Origin: Tubulanus polymorphus
Lineage: Eukaryota; Animalia; Nemertea
Direction of reading: 5' to 3'
Length of the DNA: 64,000 bases
NCBI RefSeq assembly: GCF_964204645.1
Contig: NC_134028.1
Span: 1,488,001 to 1,552,000, forward strand
Shown here: positions 27,601 through 40,645 of the stretch, piece after piece
Layout: each line of letters begins with the position of its first letter
Position numbering within the stretch: position 1 is the stretch's first letter
Program-made: the position numbers and the translations under genes
The notes under the pieces: model-generated
Database searches by the model: none
Told to the model about the DNA's origin: nothing
Seen by the model: the letters and a program-made list of their open reading frames with translations, nothing else

Positions 27601-30600
27601 TCGATAATTTCTTTCACAAAACACACCCAACGTCCTATATGACGGAAAATGTATCGATGATATTTGAGAACAGTAGAGTTGATACGGTAAATGACGAAGC
27701 CAATTCATAACATGAATTACCTGACCACACCGTATCCGTGCACATATTCTTGATTAGTTGAGATATTTTGAATTTAGGAGGTACCAGGTAGAAAACACCG
27801 TTTGCCTTTGCGCTACACGAGTCGATCGTGTCTATGAGATCCTTTGTAAAGTAGCTAGAAAAAAATTACGCATTGCTGTGAATAATTATGAAAGAAATTA
27901 CATTTTATCAATACACATTGTACTTTTCTTGAAAATAAGGATCGTCGAAATGCAGAGGTTAATTTTCCACTGTATTAGCTACCTTTGAGACGATGAACAC
28001 AGCTCCGATTCAAATTTCTGTGGGTCTGCTATCAATTGTTTCGCGTGGAATTTGAAACTAGCAACTTTTCCTCTCATTTTACCCAATATACAAGATAGGA
28101 ACTTCCGGTTGGCATTCATTAACGACGTGAGGTTTAAATCAGTAACTACAATATCAGAATGTACATTTTTTAGCCGGTTTAACCATGGATTGGTATTATA
28201 TATACATGTATATAAAGACCGTTCACCCAGAATTAATTTGCATTTACAGAAATAAAATCAATTGTAAGTTAGTTTGCTAATGAAGGGGTGGAGAACTTAC
28301 ACATAGTAGGTTCAGGTACAGCCATACACGACATTTCGGTAAATGGTTTGATAATATCAGGTGTGACCATTTTGAATATTTGAAGCTCTCTAGATGGTAT
28401 CGGAACGATATCGCTAGTTAAACACGTACTTTCGTTCATCACTTTGTAAAAGCAGTTTGGTAACTTTGCAGTCATATTGAACAAAGCTACGCTAAAAAGA
28501 GTTATGAATGATAACAATTAATTGATTGTGAACTTCAGGGTAAGGATCAAAATCCATCCGATCGATGTATTATGTATGGTATAACGTACCTCCACGACGA
28601 ATCACACAGTTGTTTATATGCTTTTACTCCCTCAGCAACTAGTCTCAACAATTGCGACGTGTTTGTAGATGGATTACCAGTAATGATCGACGGTCCTATG
28701 ATCGATGCAGCATTCGCCGATAGATTCCCGAATTCAACCAAGAAGTTGTAACCGGCTCGAGGCATGGCGCATTTCAAAACTTTTGGTACAAACTCCCACA
28801 AACAGTTTAACGAAACATTTGCGTCTACGTGGATATGAAATGGTGAAAACGTGATGTTTTACAAGGTATACTTATTTCGTCTATTCTTATCGGTAAAATA
28901 AAACGATATGAATAAATTACCTCTTCTGCTGCACCAATTGTTGTATAGTGACTTTATTGACCGTATTTCATTGGTTATATTGGCTGAACAATTTCTCACA
29001 CACGGAATTATACTGTCAAACATGATGAGGATGTCACGTCTTGGAATAGTCATAGAAATAAAAACGATTCATGATTAGCTGAACAAACTTCAATTAAACA
29101 CACTTCACTCCAAATCGATAAAAAGGATTTCATTTATACTGACCTTTTATCGGAGCAAAGAGTCCTATTTAAGGTTGCACCGTCGGCAGCTTGTATTATC
29201 GGAATTATTGTCTGTACCCAGCTGGCAATACGTCGATTGATACATGAAATTGCTCTGCCCATTTCGCAAGGTCCTGTTGCATTTTGTGATTCCGAAAAAG
29301 AAACGTAGCAGTCATTACTTTAATTTAGGCATGTATATAATTACCGTTGTTAAAACGTCATAAGATACATCCCTTTCGATCTCTAATCGCCTAAACACAA
29401 AACAGAGACGGATAAAATGGATCTCATACCTGATGTGTCAGGTTGTCCAGTCATTCCACTAGTAGTTGCGTGAGAAGATGAAGATACCGTTGATGAATCG
29501 GTTGGAGATGATTCCGTTGGTGAGGTCATCTCGGTGCTCGCCGAGGTCGATGTGTCTACCGTAGTTGAGGTGACAGTCGAGGATGAAGTAGACGAATCCG
29601 TTGGTGAGGTCGTCTCGGTGCTCGACGAGGTTGATGTGTCTACCATAGTGGAGCTGACACTAGATGATGAAGTAGACGAATCCGTTGGTGATGTCGTCTC
29701 GGTGCTTGCTGATGTCGATGTGTCTACTGTAGTGGAGCTGACACTCGAGGACGAAGCAGAATTTGAGGTATCTACGGTAGTAGTAGTTGCTTCTTCGGTA
29801 GTCGTAGAATCAGAATGTGTAACATTAACATCACACATTATAGGCCCGAGTGAACCCAGAGAACACCCATTTGCCGATTTGGTGTAGTTGGAAATGGCAG
29901 AAGTAATATCATCCATTGATGGAACGTTGTTTGAGAATGCTACTTCCATTCCAACTATAACACTGCCTTGTCTGAAAAATGAACACACATGCGATGATGA
30001 TATAAGTCTGGTGATACGTCTCATGTATATCTCATTCAGCTGAAATGTATTTTACCGAATGACAATTTCAATATAAGACAATTAATGTAACGGTTCAAGG
30101 GGATATTTGTACGGTTCAAGGGGGTATTTGTTTCCTTTGCGGTTCTGCGAATAACATACCTCAATTCTTTTACAGTTCCTCCGATATAGTTCCACCCTGG
30201 GTATGAGTTGAATATGACACTAATCTGTAAAATAGAAGTTTTATCATATCATACACAGTTGTTTCAATTTTGCAATGTTTTAAAATCAAAGAGATGAAAT
30301 AGAAGTTTAAAATGCATTTTATAATTCATTTTTTGACCTCGTAAAGTAAGTTTGCGACCATTGATTTATGCTTATTGGAGTTTGGATCCTGAAGACTCGC
30401 CGACCAAGACGATAGAATCGATAATTGAAGATCGAAGATTTCATCGGCTATATAAAGAATTAGATATTGAGCAAAAATAAAAATAACAACTTTCTGTGAA
30501 TGTCGATCTTCGTCAGTAAATAGAGCCAAATTATCGCAACAGACCTTGAGAACACGAAGATATACCGTCTCCGTAGAAAGTAGGTTTGCAAATGCATTGA

Positions 30601-33600
30601 TCGTCACCGTTGCATTGAGCATCTTTGTGGCACATCGAGCATGCTACAACGAAAGTGAAATAAACATGCGATAAGTGAGTTTTCAGAGTCAACCCGCAAG
30701 CAGCATTACAGCACGTTTAGAGAGATTTTAAAATCATGAAATGAAAGATTATGATGATATACAAACCAGATACTTGAGAACATGAATCAAGAGGAATAGA
30801 AAATGTCGCCTGACTGATATTTGGTATATACATCCGTAGAAGTTTCGGTATTAGTTCAAACATCGGGCACGAACTACTTTCACCATTCATAACACAGCCA
30901 ACGAGTTTACCGCCAAAATTGGTTTTATTTCTTTAATATGGAAATATCAAAATAATTTATGAATCACAAAGAAGACAGAGAAAATTACGAGACATTTGGT
31001 TAATTCTACTCACAGAAGACGCATTATCGGACAAGTAAGGTTCATGAGGTTCTGTATGGTAGTAAGCGTTAGCGAAGGGTTCGGTATCGTAGGATTAGTG
31101 ATCATATTTATGACTGCCGGATCGTTTAGAATATCTGACATTCCCCTGACGAGATGATATAGCATCGGAACGAGTTCTGCCGCTGATGACGATGACATCG
31201 TGCAATTGAAGACTTCGATAATTTCTTTCACAAAACACACCCAACGTCCTATATGACGACAAAATGTATCGGTGATATTTGAGAACAGTAGAGTTGATAC
31301 GGTAAATGACGAAGCCAATTCATAACATGAATTACCTGACCACACCGTATCCGTGCACATATTCTTGATTAGTTGAGACATTTTGAATTTAGGAGGTACC
31401 AGGTAGAAAACACCGTTCGCCTTTGCGCTACACGAGTCGATCGTGTCTATGAGATCCTTTGTAAAGTAGCTAGAAAAATATTACGCATTGCTGTGAATAA
31501 TTATGAAACAAATTACATTTTATCAATACACATTGTACTTTTCTTGAAAATAAGGATCGTCGAAATGCAGAGGTTAATTTTTCACTGTATTAGCTACCTT
31601 TGAGACGATGAACACAGCTCCGATTCAAATTTCTGTGGGTCTGCTATCAATTGTTTCGCGTGGAATTTGAAACTAGCAACTTTTCCTCTCATTTTACCCA
31701 ATATACAAGATAGGAACTCCCGGTTGGCATTCATCAACGACGTTAGGTTTAAATCAGTAACTACAATATCAGAATGTACATTTTTTAGCCGGTTTAACCA
31801 TGGATTGGTATTATATATACATGTATATAAAGACCGTTCACCCAGAATTAATTTGCATTTACAGAAATTAAATCAATTGTAAGTGAGGTTGCTAATGAAG
31901 GGGTAGAGAACTTACACATAGTAGGTTCAGGTACAGCCATACACGACATTTCGGTAAATGGTTTGATAATATCAGGTGTGACCATTTTGAATATTTGAAG
32001 CTCTCTAGATGGTATCGGAACGATATCGCTAGTTAAACACGTACTTTCGTTCATCACTTTGTAAAAGCAGTTTGGTAACTTTGCAGTCATATTGAACAAA
32101 GCTACGCTAAAAAGAGTTATGAATGATAACAATTAATTGATTGTGAACTTCAGGGTAAGGATCAAAATCCATCCGATCGATGTATTATGTATGGTATAAC
32201 GTACCTCCACGACGAATCACACAGTTGTTTATATGCTTTTACTCCCTCAGCAACTAGTCTCAACAATTGCGACGTGTTTGTAGATGGATTACCAGTAATG
32301 ATCGACGGTCCTATGATCGATGCAGCATTCGCCGATAGATTCCCGAATTCAACCAAGAAGTTGTAACCGGCTCGAGGCATGGCGCATTTCAAAACTTTTG
32401 GTACAAACTCCCACAAACAGTTTAACGAAACATTTGCGTCTACATGGATATGAAATGATGAAAACGTGATGTTTTACAGCATATTCTTATTTCGTCTATT
32501 CTTATCGGTAAAATAAAACGATATGAATAAATTACCTCTTCTGCTGCACCAATTGTTGTATAGTGAATTGATCGACCGTATTTCATTGGTTATATTGGCT
32601 GAACAATTTCTCACACACGGAATTATACTGTCAAACATGATGAGGATGTCACGTCTTGAAATAGTCATAGAAATAAAAACGATTCATAATTAGCTAAAAA
32701 AACTTCAATTAAACACACTTCACTCCAAATCGATAAAAAAAGGATTTCATTTATACTGACCTTTTATCGGAGCAAAGAGTCCTATTTAAGGTTGCACCGT
32801 CGGCAGCTTGTATTATCGGAATTATTGTCTGTACCCAGCTGGCAATACGTCGATTGATACATGAAATTGCGCTGCCCATTTCGCAAGGTCCTGTTGCATT
32901 TTGTACATCTAGAACATAACAAAATATATGCATTTTAAGGCTGTCTTCAATAGCTATTTTGCTACTCCTTCAGCGATCCTATACTTACATGAACATTCTG
33001 TTGGAATTTGTAGAGCGATATTTTGTAATGAATTGATATCGGCACCCATGAGTGGGACTATCAGATTCATTATCTTTCGACCGACGTCCATAAATGGACA
33101 AGGTCCTTTTCCTGCATTCAACACGCAATTCACCAGCCTCCCGGTAACGTTTGCTTTATTCCTGGAAAATTTTTTAGGAAAGTAAAATCATTGCACAAAT
33201 CTACTGGATAGTAATGACATTCGTTGAAACGAGAAAGGTTCGTACATAATGTTGATCATCGGACACATCTTTGACATGATTTTTGCATTAAGGTGTGAAA
33301 TAGTTGAGTAATTTCCATTGAGGATTGCTGTAACCACGTTGTCATTCGATATCTCATCAGAAATAATTTTTAGTAATTCATATAAAACCGGAACGAGTTC
33401 CCCCGCGGAAGACGATATCGTGCAGTTGTATATTCTAATCATTTCCGTCAATATACACACCCAACGTCCTATATAGCGAATAAAAAATCAGTTATCAGTT
33501 ATCAGATATCAGTTATTAGTTATTAGGTATTAACTACGTGATACGAGACAGATCGATAGACATCTCCGGATCAGGGACTACGCTGAATATCTCAACGTTT

Positions 33601-36600
33601 CTCAATCTACGAGGGTGACTCAAGGACTGACTCCAGCTTCTCGTGATAAAGCGAATTTTCGTGGATCCCGGCTTACGTCTAACCCAGAGTTGTCAGAACA
33701 ACCCTCAAAAATGATTCTCACATAGTGTTCATTATAGATATCTAATCTAATTGCGGATTTTACGGTAAATTATAGTACGTTACGCAGGACACTTTTTCGA
33801 ATTTGTCCTGCTGCACTAAATTCAATAATATTTCCATAACTTAGTATACTTATTTTACTTTTGATTGTAGTTTTGTAAACTCTGCGAATAATTGCAAATA
33901 ATTCCTTCAATTAATTTAAAAGGAAAAATTACCTGAACGATTTGTCGCAGTGCACATGCTGTCGATCACATCGACAAGCTTTAATTTAGGCGGAATTAAA
34001 GGGCATATTTTATTTGTTTCAACGCTGCATTTATCGAATTCTGCCAGGAGATTCTTTACCACCGAACTGAAAAGGTATAGTTGAGAAAATGATTCGGTTG
34101 TTATGTACTCATCAATGAAATTGATGATTTTTTTATAAGAAATACATACTTTTGGTTGATACAAAATAGTTCGTCGGTTGAGTCGGGATTGGCGGCAAGA
34201 ACTTCTGCAAGTTTTTTTAAGCTGGCTAAGTTCAAGCTGACATAATCAACAATGCATGATAACTGCTTTTTTGCAGCATTTAGCATACATTTAGGATCGT
34301 TATTACGCACTGTAACAAATGAAAACATACAAACAGAAATGAGAAATAAACATGTTATGGAATTCACGGAATTCATTTATAAACATTTCCCCATACCTGG
34401 TACGACGATCTTGATTTCTAATGTATAGCTATTAAAGATTATGAAGTTATATAGACAACTTAGAGCGGAATATGATAATTCTATTGAGATTGAATTGAGT
34501 GAATCCCCGAGTTAAAATAGTAGTAAATAAAAACCAGGTTTTTTAAAAGAGTCATCTATATTGTTGTTCATAGACATTCGTGGTCATAGACATGTTCGTC
34601 AGGTGTGATTTCCATTATTTTTTGTAAAATAATCTAGGGCATACGAATGGCAAGCCACGGGAAAACGTACGTAGAGTTGGTTCGGGAATAGCCATGCACG
34701 CGAGTTCAGTAACCGGTTTGAAAGCTTCTGGAGGGAATCCGTCTAGAAGCTGTGCTGCAGCTGGTGGTATAAAATGGTTTATACAAGTGGATTCGTTCAT
34801 TGCTATGTGAAGACATCGCGGTAGATTGGCTATCATATCAAACGTGTTTATGCTGAAATAGAAATACACGTTGTCACAAATAACTGCAAAACAGCGACAG
34901 CTAGTTTCTGACTACACATTCGAATTATCAATAGTTGATTCGAAACTTGTAGAAAATATACTCTTGATCACTGGGATTTTAAGCTTTAAGAACGTTTTTG
35001 TTAAAGAATCATTCTGCAGTTTCCAGTTTCTAGGCGCCATTTTGTGGTGGTCCTTCGAGGTCCCCATTTTTGTGAAATCTTGAATTGAACATCAATTAGC
35101 ACAGTAGTCCCTTACTTGATATCATATTTCTAAAACTATTCTACCTCATCATTGACGAACTACAAAATCTATTCGCTCCGGTCATCATGTCACCCAATGC
35201 TGACAGTAGTGCAGTCTGGTTAAAAGGCGTATACGAAGCAGAGAACGGCGAAGAAAAATCCATGAAATCCAACGTCATATTCAACCCTAAATAACCAACT
35301 GGGACCAAGAATGAATATCCATCTGGTGGCGTGGCACAGCGTAATGTCGTCGGGACCAACTTCCACAGACAGTTTAACATTTCCGATTTTCCTTCAATCA
35401 ATCAGAATCGTTTAGATAAGATACTTTTTTCGTGAACTCATAATGATACTTTCGTATTAGGTGAAATTCACCTACCTGGCCTTCCACAAAAAGAATCATA
35501 AAGCGCTTTTATTTTCACCATTTCCATCCTTGTATCAGGCGCACAGTTCAGCAAAGAATTTGTCACCTCGTCAAAAATGCCATATACCGCAGACCTACGT
35601 AGATGTTGAAATAATGATGGGTTATAGTTAAAAAATGTAGAATTCCGACACTAATTCGATCGCACCAAACAGAATCTACCTGCTTTCATTACAAAACTTT
35701 GTGTTGAATGTTGTTTTATCGTTTGTCGAATCGATGATGGGAATGAGCGTATTAATCCAAGACTCGTAATGTAGGTAGATAGAATCGATGGCGTTATTTA
35801 CGGAACAGGGTCCGGTAACCTCCACTGAATCACACACAACAGGCCCAACTGAAGCCATCGAGCAGTTTGACGAGTCTGATTTCGTAATCAGGTTTTCGAC
35901 AGTTGTTTTGACTTGTTGCTCGGTTGGATATGTACCGGTCGGGCTCGATCCGAAAAAGACTTCTAACGACAAATAAACATAACCATTCTTCGGCATCCTA
36001 AAAGAAGAAGTTGAGCTTTCTATTTTCATTAACTGCGAGAATGTTTTTAGTCACATTTATTACGTACCCTTGAGTAGCGCCACCTACTACTTTAACCGAG
36101 TTGTATATTGCAGACAACGCTGAGTATAGCTGAAAATTATATACCGTATTCGTTTTATCTCCAGCATTTTTCATCCACAGTTTGTGAGCATGATTGGATA
36201 TTTTGAATACTAAACTATGTTTATGTACGAACCTTTTTTCGGATAAGCATCGAGTACAGACTGTGAGCGTTCCATAAACTTCCGCCGAATGCTACATGAA
36301 CCATCATGGATTTTGCGGCTAAAGGCATAATAATGGACAATTACATAACGGGAATCGATCGATGTCTTCAAATTGACCTAGTTATACTTTTTTATTCTAA
36401 ATTCATCATTTGACAGTATAAGGCCTACGTAGATCATGTTTCCTTTTCTCCCCATAGATTAAGACAATATGAATTGTTATGTCTGAATGCATGGATCTAT
36501 GATAACATAACAGTACTATACGTTCTTTCATTCTATTTGTGAATTTGAATTTTACAATAGATGATGTGTGCCCTGCTGGATGCAAATAAATAGTGACATA

Positions 36601-39194
36601 GAGAAGAACGACGTTATAAAAGGCTTCAACCATACTATACCTTTTGTGCAGTTCGTGAACCCATCACCGTAGGCACCGCTTGGACATTTGCATTCAAACG
36701 CAAAACCGGATACGCCAGCGATACTTTGAGTGCTGCATTTTGTGTTTTTCATACAATTCGAACAGTTAGAAACTGAAAAATCGAGCCGGCAAAATTAGCC
36801 ATAATGTATTCATAGATTATCTTCTTGGAAACCGGTAGAATACATACTGTGAACTGAAGCCGAGCCACATTTTACATGGACGGCTCCTATTTGACAATCT
36901 GATGATCGATTCTTATAGGAATTTATCAAAGTTTCTTCAACGTCCACCAATGATACCTTGCCATGGCCGAGGTTGAACATGATAATGATGGTCACCGGTT
37001 TAGGCGTTACCCAGCTGAAAATATAAGAGGAAAAGGAAAAGATGCAGAAGCATTAGTTGTGACATGGCCGGCGAAAAATCTTAAGCTGTACATCTTAGCG
37101 ACGTTGTTCTAAATACTTACCCAAATGAATCTACTTTGGCTTCAATGAATCTATTTGGGAAGGCAGCCGAGTATATTTTGGTTAACTATTTTGAGAGAGA
37201 AAATTGTAAGCAACTTATAAATTGATCGATTATTTCCATCCAACCAATATTCATTTCATCGAACAATCTTATGCACGTAAGAATCATTATTTATACAGAC
37301 ATATGTATAACCAACCTACCGCCGTTTTTATCGATTGCGACCAATTTCCATGTTTGTTGATGTAAGAGTTCTTCAAGGTGGTTGTGACGACGAGTTTATG
37401 GTAATAATCAGCTAGAAAAAGAACAAAAAAATCAACAATCTATCAAATCTTCAAATAAAGCAAATTGTACGGTATTTACCGGTATTTTGTATACCCTACG
37501 CTTCTATTGTAGTACTGTATACATACAATACTGAGTACCGGTATACAAATCTTTTACATTACAGGATCATGAGATGATCATGATCATTCCATGCCGATAT
37601 TTTCGATAGCTTACAATAACATAAAGTGAAACCCCGATATACCGGGGTTGACTGTATATCCTATATGATGTCATAGTGTTCCCGTTACTGCCAAAACCTA
37701 ATGTCAAACTCACTGCCGGTCATGAATTATTCCATCATTATTTTTAGAAATCCTATATAACGTCTGGTTTTAGTCATTGCAGTGGGCATCTTAGTAATTG
37801 AGAGAACACTAAAGCCACAATTATTTGTATCGTCAGATGGATTAATTATCTGGAAGAATATTTGTAGTTTATTATGAGGAAGGTGGTATTTGTCGCGTGA
37901 ATAATTTCGCTATCAGTCCGATTTTGGGTGCTATGGTGTGTTTTAATCTGCTGTGAGTTTTGTTTCTTATTTTTGATGGATAGCAATCAATATTGAACAA
38001 AAAAGCTTCAAAAGGAAAAATCGAAATATCGGCTGAACGCACCTTTTTTGCATGGCTTTATTCCATCACCATAGTAGCCTGGAGGGCAATCGCAATAGCG
38101 CCGAAAGTTTTCGCCGAAAAAACATGTTGAGCCATTAACGCAGTAGGAACAATTATATACTAAAACGAAAAAGATGATATGAAACTGATGAACACTGAGA
38201 TGGGAAGAAAATTCTAAAAATCATTTTGGAATTTGTTTTGCTTTTTCTAACGCAATAATTCTCGCGCAAAACAGAGTAAGAAATATGTTATGCGTTGAAT
38301 GATCTATACCCATCTTCCATTGAAGAGTATATTACCTTTTACATTTAGCGTACTTTTATAAAGGGAACATGTATTTGCTATAAAGGGACCAACATCCGAT
38401 AACATATCACTGACCGACAGAACTAGATCCTCCTACCTGTGACGTCGACTGAAGTACAGTGCACACCGATGGAGGCGAACAGACACTGTGATTGAGTCTC
38501 GATTAACGATGCGTTGATAGTATCAAATACTTCTTGCATAGTGGGAATCTGAGACGCCGTATTATCATTGAACATCAGCCCAATGACCAAAACTGGTCCA
38601 ACCGTACCGTACCTAGGAAACGTATTCTCTATTAACAGACCGATATGTGCATCTCCAACATGCATACTAGCTGCGTTCACACTACATTATTAGGTAAAAA
38701 AAATTGATACCTTATTTCTCCGCTCTGCTGGGCTTAAAGAGTTGACCCGGCCGGTCGCCTATCTACCCTATACATTACTTTTTTTTAAAAATCGTGAACA
38801 ATTTTACCATAACAGACCCGACCGCTATAGAAATGAACTGTTTACAAATTTTATCATATTTTACAAAAATGACCCGGCCGCTGCGGAGAAACAAGGTATC
38901 ATTTTTGTTTAGCCTTACAGTAGTTTGAATTTGGTAAGTGCCAATTTCGAACGGACCGAGCATTTACACAGAGAGTACATTAACAAAAAGTACGTTCTAA
39001 ATGTGTCCTTTCCATTTAAGACCGTACCAAATTGGATCGACACCAACTCGAGGTGGTTAACTTACTGAATATTGTCGAACGAAGCCGCCACAAACGTTTC
39101 TGGGTATTTCGTTTTCAGTATGTGCCTCGTCTGGAAAACGATAAACACAGATTCATTACTGTATTTAAGGATATCATAAACCGTCTTAACTTTC

Positions 39195-39229
<35 letters not shown>

Positions 39230-40645
39230 TATTTATTTTCTGAAAATTATAGCAATTTATAACAAATAATATACAATTTATAAATTTTCATGTTTTTGCA
39301 CAAATTAAGTATAAATTGACATAATTTTTCAGAGGGGAAGATATAAAAAAGCATAGCTTGTAGGATATACCACCCCCCCCCCCCAAAAAAAAGTGTTACA
39401 TTAGAAAAGGAAAAAAGATTCATTCATACTTCCATGCACTCTCTCACACTCTCTCTTATCCTGAGTTGAGCGTGATTATAAATTAATGAAACTCGTTCAA
39501 AAAGGAAGCATTTTCATCAGAGAAGAATGATAGATATACGGCCAGGAAAGATAAAACGACAATTTTCGTCGATAGTTTCCGTGGTTGTAATATTTGAAGA
39601 TAAATACCGCATTTTCCATTGGTACAGATATATCCCTGTATTCCACACTTGTCGGTTGCATAAAACTATACCTCCACGTTTCATTTAGATTCATTACCAA
39701 TTTATAAAGTACGTCGGCTAAAACGGTAATTATTAAGCATTGTTTTAATGATTCTTTTTTGTTAAACAGAATCGGATAATCCTTGGTTGATACTTCTTTT
39801 GATCGTGTTGTCGCTAGTTATTCGCGCATATTCTGAAGTCATGAAATTGATTTTTTTTTCAGTTGAATTCCCAATTTCAATTAAGATTTTCCAAGTCGTG
39901 ACCTTGTTTTTTTGTTTAAATTTCTATGAGCATGCCGATCAAGATGAATGCAACTTACGTTTCGTGCACGTAGTCGTTCCATCGCCGTAATATCCAGAAG
40001 AACACTGACATTCATATTTTGTCAATGAAATATTTACATACTCCATATGACATTTCGATTTATTTGCTACACAGTCAGAACAACTTGACGGTCCTGAAAT
40101 AGAGTTTTAATTATCAATTGAGAAAAGCGATGAGAATCCGGAAGTGTGGTGGTGACGAATCACATTATCAATTTCGGCATTTAACGCACTATTATTAATT
40201 GATCATCAATATATTGGTGTGCCATTATGAACCTACGACCTGCGAACCAATAGAAATAGCCGAATGATTCCAGGCCGATTCGCGGCTCATTAAGTGCGTG
40301 TCAATATGATAAATAGCAATTAATAATCATTATCTTTACTTCGAGTAAAGCCATTGAGCTTCGAGATTTCCTTTTCATTGATATCTTATCAAAACGAAAT
40401 ATGTGCATAAAATCAAGATGCAGTATTTAACTGCTTTTTGAAGCAAATATCATTCATTGGTCAAATCCGTCCTTATCTAATGTAATAAAACCTAATCATT
40501 GTTCTCCGTTAAATCAAATATGTTTTTGTTTATTTTCAAACTCAAATCGCAATTTGTTATACAAACCGGTAGTCGTCGCATTCACCAACACAACGAAGAA
40601 AACAACAGCGAGTAAAGATAACCGATAATTGTGTAAATGATACAT
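9635..40645 (-). CDS. Giant type I transmembrane mucin-like protein (MUC4/SUSD2/Mesh-type NIDO-AMOP-VWD core) with multiple SEA, EGF, Ser/Thr repeats and novel Cys-helical modules; multi-exon
   Basis: Exon 1 at 40645-40567 encodes a signal peptide ([26 protein letters not shown]). EGF exons lie at ~40094, 38170, 36770, 20880, 18963, 18700, 14100-11870 and 10900-10160. SEA exon triplets are present. NIDO ([29 protein letters not shown]), AMOP ([14 protein letters not shown]) and VWD ([13 protein letters not shown]) motifs are recognisable. [30 protein letters not shown] precedes the stop at 9635. Junctions I checked are phase-compatible; not every junction was checked, so a single-gene model is partly inference. 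Confidence 0.82.
15571..18300 (-). other. NIDO-AMOP-VWD domain exons of the mucin-like gene
   Basis: NIDO in ORFs 17675-18079 and 16939-17337, AMOP in ORF 16218-16760, VWD start GDPH at 16021-16010; this is the domain order of MUC4 and Mesh. Confidence 0.88.
20978..24945 (-). repeat. Intragenic tandem duplication, copy A (helical block-EGF-SEA-Ser/Thr exon)
   Basis: Near-identical in exons and introns to 25081-29293 and 29429-32910; the ORF track shows triplicated peptides. Confidence 0.95.
21030..21790 (-). repeat. 84-bp coding VNTR (28-aa Ser/Thr mucin repeat [28 protein letters not shown]), 9 units
   Basis: GTAGACGAATCC recurs every 84 bp from 21037 to 21709. Confidence 0.95.
25081..29293 (-). 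repeat. Intragenic tandem duplication, copy B
   Basis: Same exons and introns as copies A and C; differs mainly in VNTR length. Confidence 0.95.
25160..26160 (-). repeat. 84-bp coding VNTR, 11 units plus 1 variant
   Basis: GTAGACGAATCC recurs every 84 bp from 25240 to 26080, plus a terminal EMTSPTESS variant. Confidence 0.95.
29429..32910 (-). repeat. Intragenic tandem duplication, copy C
   Basis: Same exons and introns as A and B, with the shortest VNTR and a unique upstream intron. Confidence 0.95.
29510..29750 (-). repeat. 84-bp coding VNTR, 2 units plus 1 variant
   Basis: Two ETTSPTDSS units and an EMTSPTESS variant in ORF 29383-30024. Confidence 0.92.
37622..37656. mobile_element. Tiny collapsed TA-flanked TIR remnant (Tc1/mariner/pogo-like MITE ends)
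   Basis: TA-AAGTGAAACCCCGATATACCGGGGTTGACTG-TA: short imperfect inverted termini resembling CAGT-ended elements. Confidence 0.35.
38693..38914. mobile_element. MITE with GG...CC termini and TTA target-site duplication (PIF/Harbinger- or Zator-like)
   Basis: TTA|GGTAAAAAAAAATTGATACCTTATTTCTCCGC ... GCGGAGAAACAAGGTATCATTTTTGTTTAGCC|TTA, with internal GACCCGGCCG repeats. Confidence 0.7.
39195..39228. repeat. (ATT)n microsatellite
   Basis: About 11 consecutive TTA units in an intron. Confidence 0.95.
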
